Below, one piece after another: positions 9,642 to 19,713 of a stretch of 64,000 nt of DNA. Below the pieces are notes generated by a model that worked only from the letters and a program-made list of their open reading frames with translations, was not told the DNA's origin and made no database searches. The translations under genes and the position numbers were made by a program. How positions within the stretch are numbered: the stretch's first letter is position 1; each line of letters opens with the position of its first letter. The stretch comes from Myxococcota bacterium (lineage in GTDB: Bacteria > Myxococcota_A > UBA9160 > UBA6930), in the NCBI GenBank assembly GCA_965223415.1, contig OZ245002.1, positions 3,360,001 through 3,424,000 on the forward strand. The letters run 5' to 3'.

Positions 9642-10334
9642 ATGCTTCGCATCCTCTACGTCGAGGACGATCCCACCGCGCGCGAGTACATCCACAAGGG
9701 TCTCGCCGAGCGGGGCTACGACGTGGACGTGGCGGCCGACGGCAAGGAGGGCCTGGAGAAGGCCCTGCGCGGCCCCTTCGACCTGATGATCCTCGACGTC
9801 ATGCTTCCCGAATCCTCGGGCTTCGACATCCTGCGCGAGGTCCGCGACCGCCAGATCGACACCCCGGTCCTCTTCCTCTCGGCCCGCGGCGAGGTGGCCG
9901 ACCGCATCGAGGGGCTCAACCTCGGCGCCGACGACTACCTCGTGAAGCCCTTCGCCTTCGCCGAGCTGCTGGCGCGGATCCAGGCCGTGGCGCGGCGCAG
10001 CCTGGCGGAGCCGGACTCGGGCCAGCTGTGCATCGCTGACCTGGTGCTGGACCTGCGGCGCCACGCCGTCGAGCGCGCCGGCCAGCCGATCGAGCTCACG
10101 CCCAAGGAGTTCGCGCTCCTCGAGTACCTGATGCGCAACGAGAGCCACGCGGTCTCCCGGGCAATGATCACGGAGAAGGTCTGGGGCTACGGCTTCGACA
10201 GCTACTCGAACCTGATCGACGTACACATCAACCACCTTCGCAAGAAGCTCGATCACGACTTCGAGCCGAAGCTGATCCACACCGTGAAGGGCGTGGGCTA
10301 CGTGCTCGAGGACCGCGGCGCGGCCGACGGGTGA
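9642..10334 (+). CDS. OmpR-family response regulator (CusR-like)
   Basis: VEDD, LDVMLP, GADDYLVKPF, LTPKEF and IHTVKGVGY motifs. Confidence 0.93.
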   Translation: MLRILYVEDDPTAREYIHKGLAERGYDVDVAADGKEGLEKALRGPFDLMILDVMLPESSGFDILREVRDRQIDTPVLFLSARGEVADRIEGLNLGADDYLVKPFAFAELLARIQAVARRSLAEPDSGQLCIADLVLDLRRHAVERAGQPIELTPKEFALLEYLMRNESHAVSRAMITEKVWGYGFDSYSNLIDVHINHLRKKLDHDFEPKLIHTVKGVGYVLEDRGAADG

Positions 10335-11707
10335 GACGCCGCCTGTCCATCGGGGTCCAGTGGACCCTGCGCTACACGCTGGCGCTGCTGGTGACGGTCT
10401 CGATCTTCGGCGTCTACACCTATGCCCAGATCGCCAGCCGTACCGAACGGGACGCCCGCCTGGTGCTCGAGCTCCAGGTGAACGAGGTGGCGGTGCACGC
10501 GGCGGCGGACGGGCCGGAGGCGCGAGTCGACACGATCGAGCGCGGCATTGCCAGCGCCGAGTCCGGGCTCAAGCTCGGCTTCGCCCTCTTCGACGAGGAG
10601 GGCGAGCTGCTCGTCGCCCGCGGCTCCCTGGCCCGCTACCCGACGCCGCTTCCCCAAGGCGTGCTGGCCGGCGAGGACCAGTCCGCCTTCGACGAGATCG
10701 ACGTCGGCGAGAACTACCCCTACCTGGTGATGGCGGTGCGCTCGCCGCCGGGCTTCGTCCAGGGTGCCCTCTACACCCGGCCCTTCGTGCGCAACGCGCG
10801 GGAGGTGCGCGACATCTACCTGTACTCGCTACCGGTGCTACTGCTCCTCACCGCCGCGCTGGGCTACGGGCTCGCCCGCGGCAGCCTGCGCCCCCTCGCG
10901 GAGATGAACACGACGGCGCGGCGCATCTCCGGGACGAACCTGGAGGAGCGCATTCCGACCAGGGGCTCCGGCGACGAGCTGGACGAGCTGGCCGCCACCT
11001 TGAACGACATGATCGCCCGCATTGGCCGCAGCGTGGAGCGGATGCGGCGCTTCTCCGGCAATGCCGCCCACGAGCTGCGCACCCCGCTGAACGCCCTGCG
11101 CAGCCGGCTCGAGGTGACCCTCGAGCAGCCCCGCGATGCGGAGGAGGCGCGCAAGGCCCTGGAGGAGACGGCCCAAGAGGTGGAGAGCCTCTCGGACGTG
11201 GTGCACGCGATGATGCGCCTGGCCCAGTCCGAGGCCGGGCTGGCGCCGGAGCAGCGCACCTCCGTGGACGTCGCCTCCCTGCTGCGGGAGGCGGTGGACT
11301 TCTTCGCGCCGCTCGCCGAAGAGGCCGAGGTCGAGCTCACCGCCGAGCTGGGGGAGCCTCTCCAGGTGCCCGGCGATTCCGCCTGGCTCCACGAGCTCTT
11401 CGCGAACCTGCTCGACAACGGCATCAAGTACACGCCCGCCGGCGGAAAGGTCGCCGTCGAGGTCGAGAGCACTCCGGAGGCTGTGCTCGTCCGGGTCCGG
11501 GACGACGGCCACGGCATCCCCCGCGAAGACCTCTCCCGCATCTTCGAGCCCTTCCACCGCGTCGGCGATCGCAGCACCGCCCCGGGCGTCGGCCTGGGCC
11601 TGCCCATCAGCCGCGAGATTGCCCGCGCCCACGGCGGCGAGCTCTGGGCCGAGAGCCCCCCCGGCGAAGGCGCCACCTTCCTCGTGCGACTGCCGGTCCG
11701 GGGCTAG
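10331..11707 (+). CDS. Sensor histidine kinase (HAMP-HisKA-HATPase)
   Basis: Two TM segments, AHELRTPL H-box, NLLDNGIKY, DDGHGI and GLGL motifs. Confidence 0.93.
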   Translation: MRRRLSIGVQWTLRYTLALLVTVSIFGVYTYAQIASRTERDARLVLELQVNEVAVHAAADGPEARVDTIERGIASAESGLKLGFALFDEEGELLVARGSLARYPTPLPQGVLAGEDQSAFDEIDVGENYPYLVMAVRSPPGFVQGALYTRPFVRNAREVRDIYLYSLPVLLLLTAALGYGLARGSLRPLAEMNTTARRISGTNLEERIPTRGSGDELDELAATLNDMIARIGRSVERMRRFSGNAAHELRTPLNALRSRLEVTLEQPRDAEEARKALEETAQEVESLSDVVHAMMRLAQSEAGLAPEQRTSVDVASLLREAVDFFAPLAEEAEVELTAELGEPLQVPGDSAWLHELFANLLDNGIKYTPAGGKVAVEVESTPEAVLVRVRDDGHGIPREDLSRIFEPFHRVGDRSTAPGVGLGLPISREIARAHGGELWAESPPGEGATFLVRLPVRG

Positions 11708-11711
11708 GGCT

Positions 11712-12458
11712 TCAGCCCGGGCCGGTTCCGGCGCGCGCGCGCACCCAACGCGAGTACGCCGCCGGCGGCAGGAAGGCCAGGTAGATGGCGGTTGCGGCCA
11801 CGAGGCCGAGGTTGCCGATCAAGGCGGCACCCGCCGCGCTGGCGATCAGGTCCACCTCCAGAGCGGAGCTCAGGTTGGTCGCTGCGCTGAGGACGGTCGC
11901 GACGGCCATGGCGATGGCCCAGAGCCGCACGCGATCCCTCACGACCGGCTCGGCGAGTCCGAGCGCGGCGCGCCGGCGCAGGAACGATGCGTACCGCGTC
12001 GACTCGAAGGCCGTCCAGGCGAGGATGAAGAGCGTCACCGCGCCGAAGAGATGGACGCCCCATCCCTCGTTGTGCAGGGCACGCTCGAATCCCGTGGTGA
12101 GCGGGACCGAGAGGAGGCTGGCCGGGATCGCGACGATGAGAGCCGTCGCGAGAGCGCGGGCCCAGCTCTCGTTCGGCCGGAACACCCTCCAGTTGAAGAT
12201 CGCGAACCCGCTCATGCCGGTGCCCACGATCGCGAGCTGGAGCACGTAGAGCGCGATGCGCGTCTCCAGCTCGAGATCCAGGGGTGCCTTGGCGAGCGCC
12301 CCGAACGGCGTGGCCACACCCCCCATGAGGAACAGGCCCGCGCCCAGCACGCACTCGGGAAGGCCGCGGGTCCGGCGGGCGAGCCACAGCAGGCGTCCCC
12401 CTCCCACGAGACACACCCCCATGAACGCCAAGCCACCGATCGCCGCGATCCACTCCAC
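11712..12458 (-). CDS. Polytopic (about 7 TM) hypothetical membrane protein
   Basis: About seven hydrophobic helices; typical codon bias. Confidence 0.75.
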   Translation of the reverse strand: MEWIAAIGGLAFMGVCLVGGGRLLWLARRTRGLPECVLGAGLFLMGGVATPFGALAKAPLDLELETRIALYVLQLAIVGTGMSGFAIFNWRVFRPNESWARALATALIVAIPASLLSVPLTTGFERALHNEGWGVHLFGAVTLFILAWTAFESTRYASFLRRRAALGLAEPVVRDRVRLWAIAMAVATVLSAATNLSSALEVDLIASAAGAALIGNLGLVAATAIYLAFLPPAAYSRWVRARAGTGPG

Positions 12459-12534
12459 GGAGCCCCTCTCCCCGCAGGCGGTTCGGACGGGCGGCGCCCG
12501 CGCTTGAGCGCCGGGCCGGGGCCGTTCGTTGCCC

Positions 12535-13629
12535 CTAGTCGAGGCGTTTGCGGAAGCGGAGCATGGCCAGGGTCATGCTGACGGCGAAGAAGAGGGCGAG
12601 GGGCCAGAGGTCGGGGGTGAGCTGGCCCAGCTCGGCGCCGCGCAGGACGATGCCGCGCACGATGCGCAGGAAGTGGGTCAGGGGGAAGGCCTCGGCCAGC
12701 CACTGGGCGGCGCGGGGCATGCCGTCGAAGGGGAACATGAAGCCCGAGAGCAGCATCTGGGGCAGGAAGCTCACGAACGTCATCTGGAAGGCCTGGAACT
12801 GGGTGGAGGCTGCGGTGGAGATGAACAGGCCCAGGGTGAGGGCGGCGGCGACGAAGGCGCCGGCGCCGAGCGCGAGGTCCGCGACGGCTCCGCGCATGGG
12901 CACCTCGAAGAGCAGGGCGCCGAGGCTCAGGATCAGGGTCACCTGCACGTAGCCGATGATCACGTAGGGGGCGATCTTGCCGATCATCAGCTCGAGGGTT
13001 TGCACCGGCGTCGTGATCAGCAGCTCCAGGTTGCCGCGCTCGCGCTCGCGCACGATCGCGATCGACGTGAAGAGCACCATGGTGAGTGTCAGGATCACGC
13101 CGCACAGGCCCGGCACGATGTGGATGGGGGAGCGGCGCTCCGGGTTGAAGTAGGCGCGCACGGCGAAGGCACCGGGCCCCGGAGTGGAGGCGCTGCCGGG
13201 CATCGGCAGGCCCGCGAGACCGCGGGCGGCGCCCAGCACGATCGGGTCGCCGCCGTCCACCAGGAGCTGGGCCGCCGGCCGCCCCCCTCGCACGAGGCGC
13301 CGCTCGAAGTCCGGCGGGATCACGAGCCCCACCGAGATGCGGCCCTCGACGAGCAGGGCCTCCAGCTCCGCCGCGGTCCCGCGCCGCTCGACGATGTCGA
13401 TCACCTGGGTGGCCGCCGCATCGGCGGCCAGGGCTCGCGAGGCCTGGGTGCCCGCCCGGTCCACGAGGCCGGCCCGGAGGTGGCGCACGTCCTGGTTGAT
13501 CGCGTAGCCGAAGAGCAGCGTCATCATGATCGGGATGCCGGCGATCATCCCGCCGGTCAGGCGATCCCGGCGCAGGTGGAGCAGCTCCTTGCGGGCGATG
13601 GCGCCGATCCGCGTGGCGGACACCCTCAC
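12535..13629 (-). CDS. ABC-2 type transporter permease (YbhS/YbhR-like)
   Basis: ARKELLHLRRD, IVRERERGNLELL and LSGFMFPFDGMP motifs; GTG start overlaps the upstream stop. Confidence 0.9.
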   Translation of the reverse strand: MRVSATRIGAIARKELLHLRRDRLTGGMIAGIPIMMTLLFGYAINQDVRHLRAGLVDRAGTQASRALAADAAATQVIDIVERRGTAAELEALLVEGRISVGLVIPPDFERRLVRGGRPAAQLLVDGGDPIVLGAARGLAGLPMPGSASTPGPGAFAVRAYFNPERRSPIHIVPGLCGVILTLTMVLFTSIAIVRERERGNLELLITTPVQTLELMIGKIAPYVIIGYVQVTLILSLGALLFEVPMRGAVADLALGAGAFVAAALTLGLFISTAASTQFQAFQMTFVSFLPQMLLSGFMFPFDGMPRAAQWLAEAFPLTHFLRIVRGIVLRGAELGQLTPDLWPLALFFAVSMTLAMLRFRKRLD

Positions 13630-14567
13630 GGGGCGGCCCCCGGGCGCTCCCGGGTGGCCGCAACGAAGACGTCCTCCAGGTTGGCGCGGGCGTCGCGGCA
13701 GCGGGCCTCGATACCGGCGTCGGCCAGGGCCCGCTGCACCCGGGCGGCGGGCTCGGCGGTCTCGCGATCGACCAGGGCATGGAGTCGGCTGCCGATCTGG
13801 GCGGCGCTCTGCACGTAGGGCAGCGCCTCCAGCCGCTTGGCCGCATCTCGGGCATGGCGGGCCTCGATCTCCACCACCGCCGCATCGATCGACGTCATCA
13901 GCTGCCGCGGCGCACCCGCGGCGACCAGCCGCCCCTCGTCGAGGATTGCGAGCTCGTGGCAGCGCTCCGCCTCGTCCATGAAGTGGGTCGACACGAGGAT
14001 GGTCGTTCCCTGGTCCACCAGGTCGAAGAGGGTCTCCCAGAAGTCGCGACGGCTCTGGGGATCGACGGCGCTGGTGGGCTCGTCGAGGAACAGGAGCTCG
14101 GGCTCGTGGAGGGTCGCTGCGGCCAGGGCCAGGCGCTGCTTCTGCCCGCCGGAGAGGGTGCCGGCCCGCTGGTCCCGGCGGTCGGCGAGGTCGAAGCGCG
14201 CGAGCTGCTCGTTCACCCGCCGTCCCCGGCGCTCTCGGGGCAGGCGGTGGATCTCCGTCAGGAAGCGGAGGTTCTCGCCGACCGACAGGTCCTCGTAGAG
14301 GGAGAAGCGCTGGGTCATGTAGCCGATCCGCAGGCGCAGGGCCTCGGCCTCCCGCGAGGCGTCGAGGCCGAGCACCTCCGCGCTGCCCTCCGAGGGGAGG
14401 AGGAGGCCGCATAACATGCGGATGGTCGTCGACTTGCCCGAGCCGTTCGGTCCGAGGAAGCCGAAGATGCGCTCGCGGGGGACCTCCAGGTCGACGTCGT
14501 CCACCGCCACCAGCGCGCCGAAGCGGCGGGTGAGGCCGCGGGTGCGAATGGCGAGGTCAGTCGTCAT
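13626..14567 (-). CDS. ABC transporter ATP-binding protein
   Basis: GPNGSGKST, LSGGQ, LDEPT and STH motifs. Confidence 0.93.
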   Translation of the reverse strand: MTTDLAIRTRGLTRRFGALVAVDDVDLEVPRERIFGFLGPNGSGKSTTIRMLCGLLLPSEGSAEVLGLDASREAEALRLRIGYMTQRFSLYEDLSVGENLRFLTEIHRLPRERRGRRVNEQLARFDLADRRDQRAGTLSGGQKQRLALAAATLHEPELLFLDEPTSAVDPQSRRDFWETLFDLVDQGTTILVSTHFMDEAERCHELAILDEGRLVAAGAPRQLMTSIDAAVVEIEARHARDAAKRLEALPYVQSAAQIGSRLHALVDRETAEPAARVQRALADAGIEARCRDARANLEDVFVAATRERPGAAP

Positions 14568-15522
14568 CGTCCGGCCGGGGCGTGAAGTGGACCTCGACGG
14601 GGACGCCCGTGGGCAGCTCCCGCGCCTCGGCGTCGACGAGCTCGACCTCCGCCAGGTAGACGAGCCGGCCCCGATCGTGGCGGGTCAGCGCGTAGTACGG
14701 CGTGAAGGCGGCTTCGTGGGCGATCTCCCGGAGCCGCCCCCAGTAGGTGCCTTCGAGTCCCTCCACCTCCACCGTGGCCCCGGTCCCCGGAGCGACGCGC
14801 ACCCGCACCGCTTCGGGCACGTGCACCCGGGCGTAGGGCGCGCGGTCCGCGAGCATCACCACTAGCGGCGTCCCGGGGCGGGCTCGCTCGCCGACCTCGA
14901 GGGGAAGCGCATCGATGCGTCCGGCGACGGGGGCGCGGAGGTCGAGCCGTTGCCGGACGACCTCCGCTTCCCGGAGCGCGCCCTCGGCAGCGGCCAGGAC
15001 GCTCTGGGCCCGCTCCAGCTCCTCGACGGTGGAGCCCTCGAGGAGCGCGTCGAGGGAGGCCCGGGCCTGCCCCTCCTGGGCGCGGGCCGTGTCCGCCTCC
15101 GCCCGCAGCAGGTCGAACCGAGAGCGGGAGGCGACGTCCACCCGGGCCAGCGCCTCCACCCGCTCCAGCTCCCGCCGGGCCGTGCGCGCCGCGCTGCGCG
15201 CCCCCTCGAGCAGGGCCCGGCCCTCGGCGATCCTCTCCGCCCGGGGCCCGCGAGCGGCTTCCGCGGTCCGCGCCGCGGCTTCGTCGCGACGGGCCGCCGC
15301 CTGGGCGACGCGCGCGTCCAGCCGGGCCGGGTCGAGGCGTAGCAGCAGGGCACCGGCCTCCACGTCGTCGCCCACCGCCACGAGGATCTCGGCGATCGGG
15401 TCGTCGGTCTCCGCCACCAGCTCGAGGCGATCGCGCTCGAGGGTGCCGACTGCCGGCGCGTCTGCCGGATCGCCGCTGCAGGCGAGCGCCAGCACGAGCC
15501 ACGTCGCCAGCAGCCCCCTCAT
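14557..15522 (-). CDS. HlyD-family efflux periplasmic adaptor (YbhG-like)
   Basis: Lipoprotein-like signal LALAC, coiled coil, LRAPVAG and AAFTPYYAL motifs. Confidence 0.88.
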   Translation of the reverse strand: MRGLLATWLVLALACSGDPADAPAVGTLERDRLELVAETDDPIAEILVAVGDDVEAGALLLRLDPARLDARVAQAAARRDEAAARTAEAARGPRAERIAEGRALLEGARSAARTARRELERVEALARVDVASRSRFDLLRAEADTARAQEGQARASLDALLEGSTVEELERAQSVLAAAEGALREAEVVRQRLDLRAPVAGRIDALPLEVGERARPGTPLVVMLADRAPYARVHVPEAVRVRVAPGTGATVEVEGLEGTYWGRLREIAHEAAFTPYYALTRHDRGRLVYLAEVELVDAEARELPTGVPVEVHFTPRPDDDD

Positions 15523-16190
15523 CACGCCTCCTCCCGGGGTGCTGCGCCCTCGACGAACAAGCGGACCGTGTGCTCGGCGAGCCGGTCGGCGAAGCCGGCG
15601 TCCACCTCCACGCCCAGCACCGGGCCCACCACCGGCACCGCGACGAACGGGAACACGCACATGCCGAGCACCGAGAGCACGGTGAGCTGGGGGTCCAGGT
15701 CCGCCCGCAAGCGCCCGCTCGCGATCTCTTGCTCGAACAGCGCCGGCACCAGCGCCGCCGCACGCCGGGCGAAGCGCTCTACGAAGCGCTCGCGCACCGG
15801 CGTGTCCGCCGCCAGGACCTCGCGCACGAGAAGCTGGGGAATCCACGGCTCCCGGCCGATGGTGCGCAGGTAGAGCGGGATGAAGCGCTCGGCGAAGGGC
15901 CCGTCGGCGCCGGCCCCTTCCGCCGCCAGCTCGCGCACGCCGGCGAGTAGGCGCTCGAAGGCGGTGTCGAGGATCGCTTCGAGCAGTCCGCCCTTGTCGC
16001 CGAAGTAGTAGGGGATCATTGCCGGCGTCACGCCCGCCGCCTCGGCGATCGCCCGCACCGAGGTGCGGGAGTAGCCCTGCTCGGCGATCCGGCGGGCGGC
16101 GGCCTCGATCAGGCGCTGGCGGACGTCCGGGGCTTCCGGGTCCCTGAGGGGGCGGCCCGGGCCGCGGGGTTGGCGCGGAGTGGCGTCCAT
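15522..16190 (-). CDS. TetR/AcrR family transcriptional regulator
   Basis: N-terminal HTH GYSRTSVRAIAEAAGVTPAMIPYYFGDK. Confidence 0.92.
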   Translation of the reverse strand: MDATPRQPRGPGRPLRDPEAPDVRQRLIEAAARRIAEQGYSRTSVRAIAEAAGVTPAMIPYYFGDKGGLLEAILDTAFERLLAGVRELAAEGAGADGPFAERFIPLYLRTIGREPWIPQLLVREVLAADTPVRERFVERFARRAAALVPALFEQEIASGRLRADLDPQLTVLSVLGMCVFPFVAVPVVGPVLGVEVDAGFADRLAEHTVRLFVEGAAPREEA

Positions 16191-16198
16191 CGGATGAT

Positions 16199-16220
16199 AT
16201 TAATCATACATTTGATTAAT
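16199..16220. promoter_or_regulatory. Palindromic TetR operator
   Basis: ATTAATCA-tacatt-TGATTAAT, perfect 8-bp arms, AT-rich, overlapping the -10 box of the TetR gene. Confidence 0.75.
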
Positions 16221-16252
16221 TCAAATCCCCGCCTGTGCCAGACTTCGCCGCC

Positions 16253-17788
16253 ATGGGGGAGCAGGGGCGGACGGGGCGGGGCGTGGCGCAGGTCGGGGTC
16301 TCGCGGCCGTCGTCGCTCGCGGCCCTGGTGGCCATCGCGCTGTTCGTGGTCGGCTCCGCCGCGTCCATCGAGACCTCCGGAGCGCTCCTCGTCGGCGCCA
16401 AGGACTGGGTGGTGCACCGCTTCGACTGGCTGTTCGTGGCCATCACCTCCCTGGCGCTCTTCGCCGTCGTCGCGATCGCGGTGCACCCCGGAGCCCGGCT
16501 GCGTCTCGCCGTCGGGGACGAGCCGCCGGAGTTCGGGCGCCTCGCCTGGTTCGCGATGCTCTTCTCCGCCGGGCTCGCCTCCGGCCTGCTCTACTGGGCG
16601 GCGGCGGAGCCGGTCCTCCACTTCCAGGCGAACCCCTTCCTCGCCCCGGCCGGCATCGAGCCCGGCTCCGGCGCCGCAGTGCAGACGGCCCTGCGCATCA
16701 CCGTGCTCCACTGGGGGCTCCACGGCTGGGCCTTCTACGTGATCGTCGCCCTGGCCATCGGGATCTACAGCTACCGCCACGGCCGGCCCCTGACCTTCCG
16801 TACCGCCCTCACCCCGGTGCTCGGCGAACGCTGGGTGGATCGCTGGCCAGGGCGGGCCGCGGACCTGCTCGCCCTGTTCGGCACGGTGTGCGGCGTGGCC
16901 ACCTCCCTCGGCCTCGCCGCGGCGGGGATGAACGCGACGCTCAGCCGGCTCGTCGGCATCGACGTCGGCGTCGGTCACCAGGTGACGATCGTGTTCGGCG
17001 TCTGCGCCCTGGGCGTGCTCTCGGCCGTGTCCGGGCTGGCCCGCGGCATCCGCCGGCTCAGCGAGGTGAACGTGTGGGTGAGCCTGCTGCTGCTCGTGGC
17101 GGTGGCCGCCCTCGGCCCGACCCGCTTCCTCGGCGAGCTCTTTGTCCGCACCGTGGCGGACTACGCCTATCATCTCGTTCCGGTCGGGGCGTGGCTCGCC
17201 GAGACGGCACCGGACCGGGAGTGGCAGGCGAGCTGGACGGTCTTCTACTGGGGCTGGTGGCTGGCCTGGACGCCCTTCGTGAGCCTGTTCATCGCTCGCA
17301 TCTCCAGGGGCCGCAGCGTCCGCGAGTTCGTGCTGGCGGTCATGCTGGTCCCCACCCTGGTGATCATCGTCTGGATGTCGATCCTCGGCGGCACCGCCCT
17401 GCACCAGGAGCTGGCCGAGCCCGGCGCGGTGAGCGCGGCGGTGAACCGGGACTACAGCCTGGGCATCGTTACGCTGATTGCCAACCTCGGTCCGGCAGCG
17501 CCCCAGCGCCCGCTGGTCGCGATCGCTGCCTTCCTGCTCTTCACCTGGCTGATCACCTCGCTCGATTCGGCCACCCTCGTGCTGTGTCACCTGCTGGGCG
17601 CGCCGGAGACGGCGGCACCCAAGGTGTTCTGGGGTACGACACTCGCGGCGGTCACCTGCGCGCTCCTGCTGGTGGGAGGGGTACCCGCGTTGCAGGCGGC
17701 GTCGATCGTGGTCGGCCTGCCCCTCGCGGCGCTGGTCGCCCTGGTCGTGGGCGGCCTGCTGTGGGGCCTCTTCCGGGGTCGGCTCTGA
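16253..17788 (+). CDS. BCCT family (betaine/carnitine/choline) transporter
   Basis: WFAMLFSAG, HWGLHGWAFY and WTVFYWGWWLAWTPFVSLFIARISRGR motifs. Confidence 0.93.
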   Translation: MGEQGRTGRGVAQVGVSRPSSLAALVAIALFVVGSAASIETSGALLVGAKDWVVHRFDWLFVAITSLALFAVVAIAVHPGARLRLAVGDEPPEFGRLAWFAMLFSAGLASGLLYWAAAEPVLHFQANPFLAPAGIEPGSGAAVQTALRITVLHWGLHGWAFYVIVALAIGIYSYRHGRPLTFRTALTPVLGERWVDRWPGRAADLLALFGTVCGVATSLGLAAAGMNATLSRLVGIDVGVGHQVTIVFGVCALGVLSAVSGLARGIRRLSEVNVWVSLLLLVAVAALGPTRFLGELFVRTVADYAYHLVPVGAWLAETAPDREWQASWTVFYWGWWLAWTPFVSLFIARISRGRSVREFVLAVMLVPTLVIIVWMSILGGTALHQELAEPGAVSAAVNRDYSLGIVTLIANLGPAAPQRPLVAIAAFLLFTWLITSLDSATLVLCHLLGAPETAAPKVFWGTTLAAVTCALLLVGGVPALQAASIVVGLPLAALVALVVGGLLWGLFRGRL

Positions 17789-17789
17789 G

Positions 17790-18758
17790 TCAGGCCGGCT
17801 TCGAGGCCGCTCGGCGCAGGATGGCCGCGTATCCGCCCGTCTCCACGCAGGCCCGGTCGAGCACGCCTTTCTCCCGCAGCATCGCGTGCATCTTGGGCAG
17901 GTTGTAGTGGGGCACGGTCATCAGCAGGTGGTGCTCCAGGTGGTAGTTCACCCGATTGGGCGCGAGGATCAGCCGCTCCCACCAGCTCGCGAGGGTGGTG
18001 CGGGTGTTGTTCAGCGGGTCGTCGGCGTCGGGCGTGAGGGCGTGCTCGGCGATGGCGCGAATGCGCGTGACCAGCGTGTTCGTGGTGAGGAAGGCCCCGG
18101 CCCAGAGCAGGTAGAGGAGGGGATGGCCGAGGGCGGTGAGCACACCGAGCAGGAGACCGTTCGTCACCAGGAAGCCGATGGCGGCGCGCCGGCCGTCCTC
18201 CGTGTGCCAGCGCCCGAAGCTCCGCTTCCAGGAAGCGCGGGCGAACTTGAGCCCGGTCTGGCCCGAGAGGTCGCGCCACACCTTGCGGCGCAGGCTGGCC
18301 CGGGTGATCGGGAAGGGCGCGACGAGGCCGATGTCCGGATCCTCCGGTGTTCCCGTCCGGGCGTGGTGTCCCAGGTGATAGGGCCGGTAGACGGTGGTGT
18401 CGGTCCAGGTCGGGTAGGCGGCCAGCCACTGCCCGACGAAGTCGTTGACGCGCCGGTTCTCGAACAGGGCGAAGTGGGAGGCCTCGTGCATCAGCACGGC
18501 CATGCCCAGCTGACGCGTGCCGATCAGCACGAGCGCCACCACGACCGTGAGCGGGTTCGGCCACGCGGCCACCAGCGCCATCGCGCCGAACACGATGCCC
18601 CAGTCGATCGCGACCGTTCCCCAGGAGCGGAGATCGTTCATCTGGAGAAGCTCCCGGATCTCCTCGCGCGTGAAGGCGTCGCGCCAATGGGTGTTTCCCT
18701 CGGCCGTGTGGCGCTCGACGATCGACTCGTTCCCTTCGCGGACGGTGGCTGCGGACAT
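17790..18758 (-). CDS. Fatty acid desaturase family protein
   Basis: His boxes HEASH, HLGHH and HLEHH; TM segments. Confidence 0.9.
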   Translation of the reverse strand: MSAATVREGNESIVERHTAEGNTHWRDAFTREEIRELLQMNDLRSWGTVAIDWGIVFGAMALVAAWPNPLTVVVALVLIGTRQLGMAVLMHEASHFALFENRRVNDFVGQWLAAYPTWTDTTVYRPYHLGHHARTGTPEDPDIGLVAPFPITRASLRRKVWRDLSGQTGLKFARASWKRSFGRWHTEDGRRAAIGFLVTNGLLLGVLTALGHPLLYLLWAGAFLTTNTLVTRIRAIAEHALTPDADDPLNNTRTTLASWWERLILAPNRVNYHLEHHLLMTVPHYNLPKMHAMLREKGVLDRACVETGGYAAILRRAASKPA

Positions 18759-18766
18759 GGCATCCC

Positions 18767-19612
18767 TCAGGCGAGGACGGGGAGCGGGGCTCCTCCGCCG
18801 GTGTGGATGGGGGCTTCGGCATGGGGAGCGCCGTGGCGCTCCATGAAGGCGGCCCAGAGGCGCCGGCCCCGCCGGTCGTAGCGGCGCATGGCCGTCACCA
18901 GGGCGCGGCGCGGCTCCGGGTCGACCAGCGGCTCGGGCAGGAGCGGGTCGAGCACGAGCTGGCCGATGATGCGGCCGCCGAGCAGGAACGACTCGGCCAT
19001 GGCGCGGGCCTCGTCCACCTGGTCGAGGCGCTGTTCGCTCTCGGCGAGCTCGGCGAGGGAGGCGCGGTAGCCCCGCTCGAGGGCGGCCCCGTCCCACAAG
19101 GCCCGTGCCTCGGCGTCGCTCGCCGGGCCGAGATCGCCCAGCCGGGCCACCAGGGCGCCCGGCTCGAGGCCGAAGGCCGCTAGCGACGCGCGCAGCGCGT
19201 CGGCGCCGCCGCGCAGGTTGTCCGGGCGCAGGTGCAGCCCCGGCCGCAGCTCCTCGAGGCCGTGCCAGCGGAGCGCCCGTTCCCGGGCGCGCCGGGCGCC
19301 GCCGCGGCCTGCCGGGCCGCCTCGGTGCACTGCCAGCCAGCCGCCGCTCCAGCGCCGGGTGGGCTCCTCGAGCCGCCGCCAGCCCGTGAGCTTCCGGGTC
19401 ACCGGTGCGGACGCCGGGCCCAGCCGGTAGCGGCCGCGCTCGTCCCGCTCGACCTGGCCGCCCGCCACCAGCCGTGTCACGGCCACCCGCACGCTGCCCT
19501 CGCCGAGCCCGAAGACCTCGCCGGCGGCGACGAGGGCGGCGATGGGCATGCTCCCGCCGCGCAGGGTGGAGAGCAGGTCGAGGGTGAGACTCTTGCCGGT
19601 GGGTCCGGGCAT
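18767..19612 (-). CDS. PaaX family transcriptional regulator
   Basis: N-terminal wHTH (SVRVAVTRLVAGG...RGRYRL), WSGGW and C-terminal DPLLPEPL motifs. Confidence 0.85.
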   Translation of the reverse strand: MPGPTGKSLTLDLLSTLRGGSMPIAALVAAGEVFGLGEGSVRVAVTRLVAGGQVERDERGRYRLGPASAPVTRKLTGWRRLEEPTRRWSGGWLAVHRGGPAGRGGARRARERALRWHGLEELRPGLHLRPDNLRGGADALRASLAAFGLEPGALVARLGDLGPASDAEARALWDGAALERGYRASLAELAESEQRLDQVDEARAMAESFLLGGRIIGQLVLDPLLPEPLVDPEPRRALVTAMRRYDRRGRRLWAAFMERHGAPHAEAPIHTGGGAPLPVLA

Positions 19613-19620
19613 CGTCTTTA

Positions 19621-19661
19621 ACATTACATCAATCGGTCATACGGGCCAATAACTGTAATGT
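19621..19661. promoter_or_regulatory. Candidate PaaX-type operator (widely spaced inverted repeat)
   Basis: ACATTACA-N25-TGTAATGT in the divergent promoter region. Confidence 0.65.
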
Positions 19662-19713
19662 ACCCCCCTCGAATCCAGGCTAGACTGGCGCCCCCGAAGG
19701 CCCCGGAGGACCC

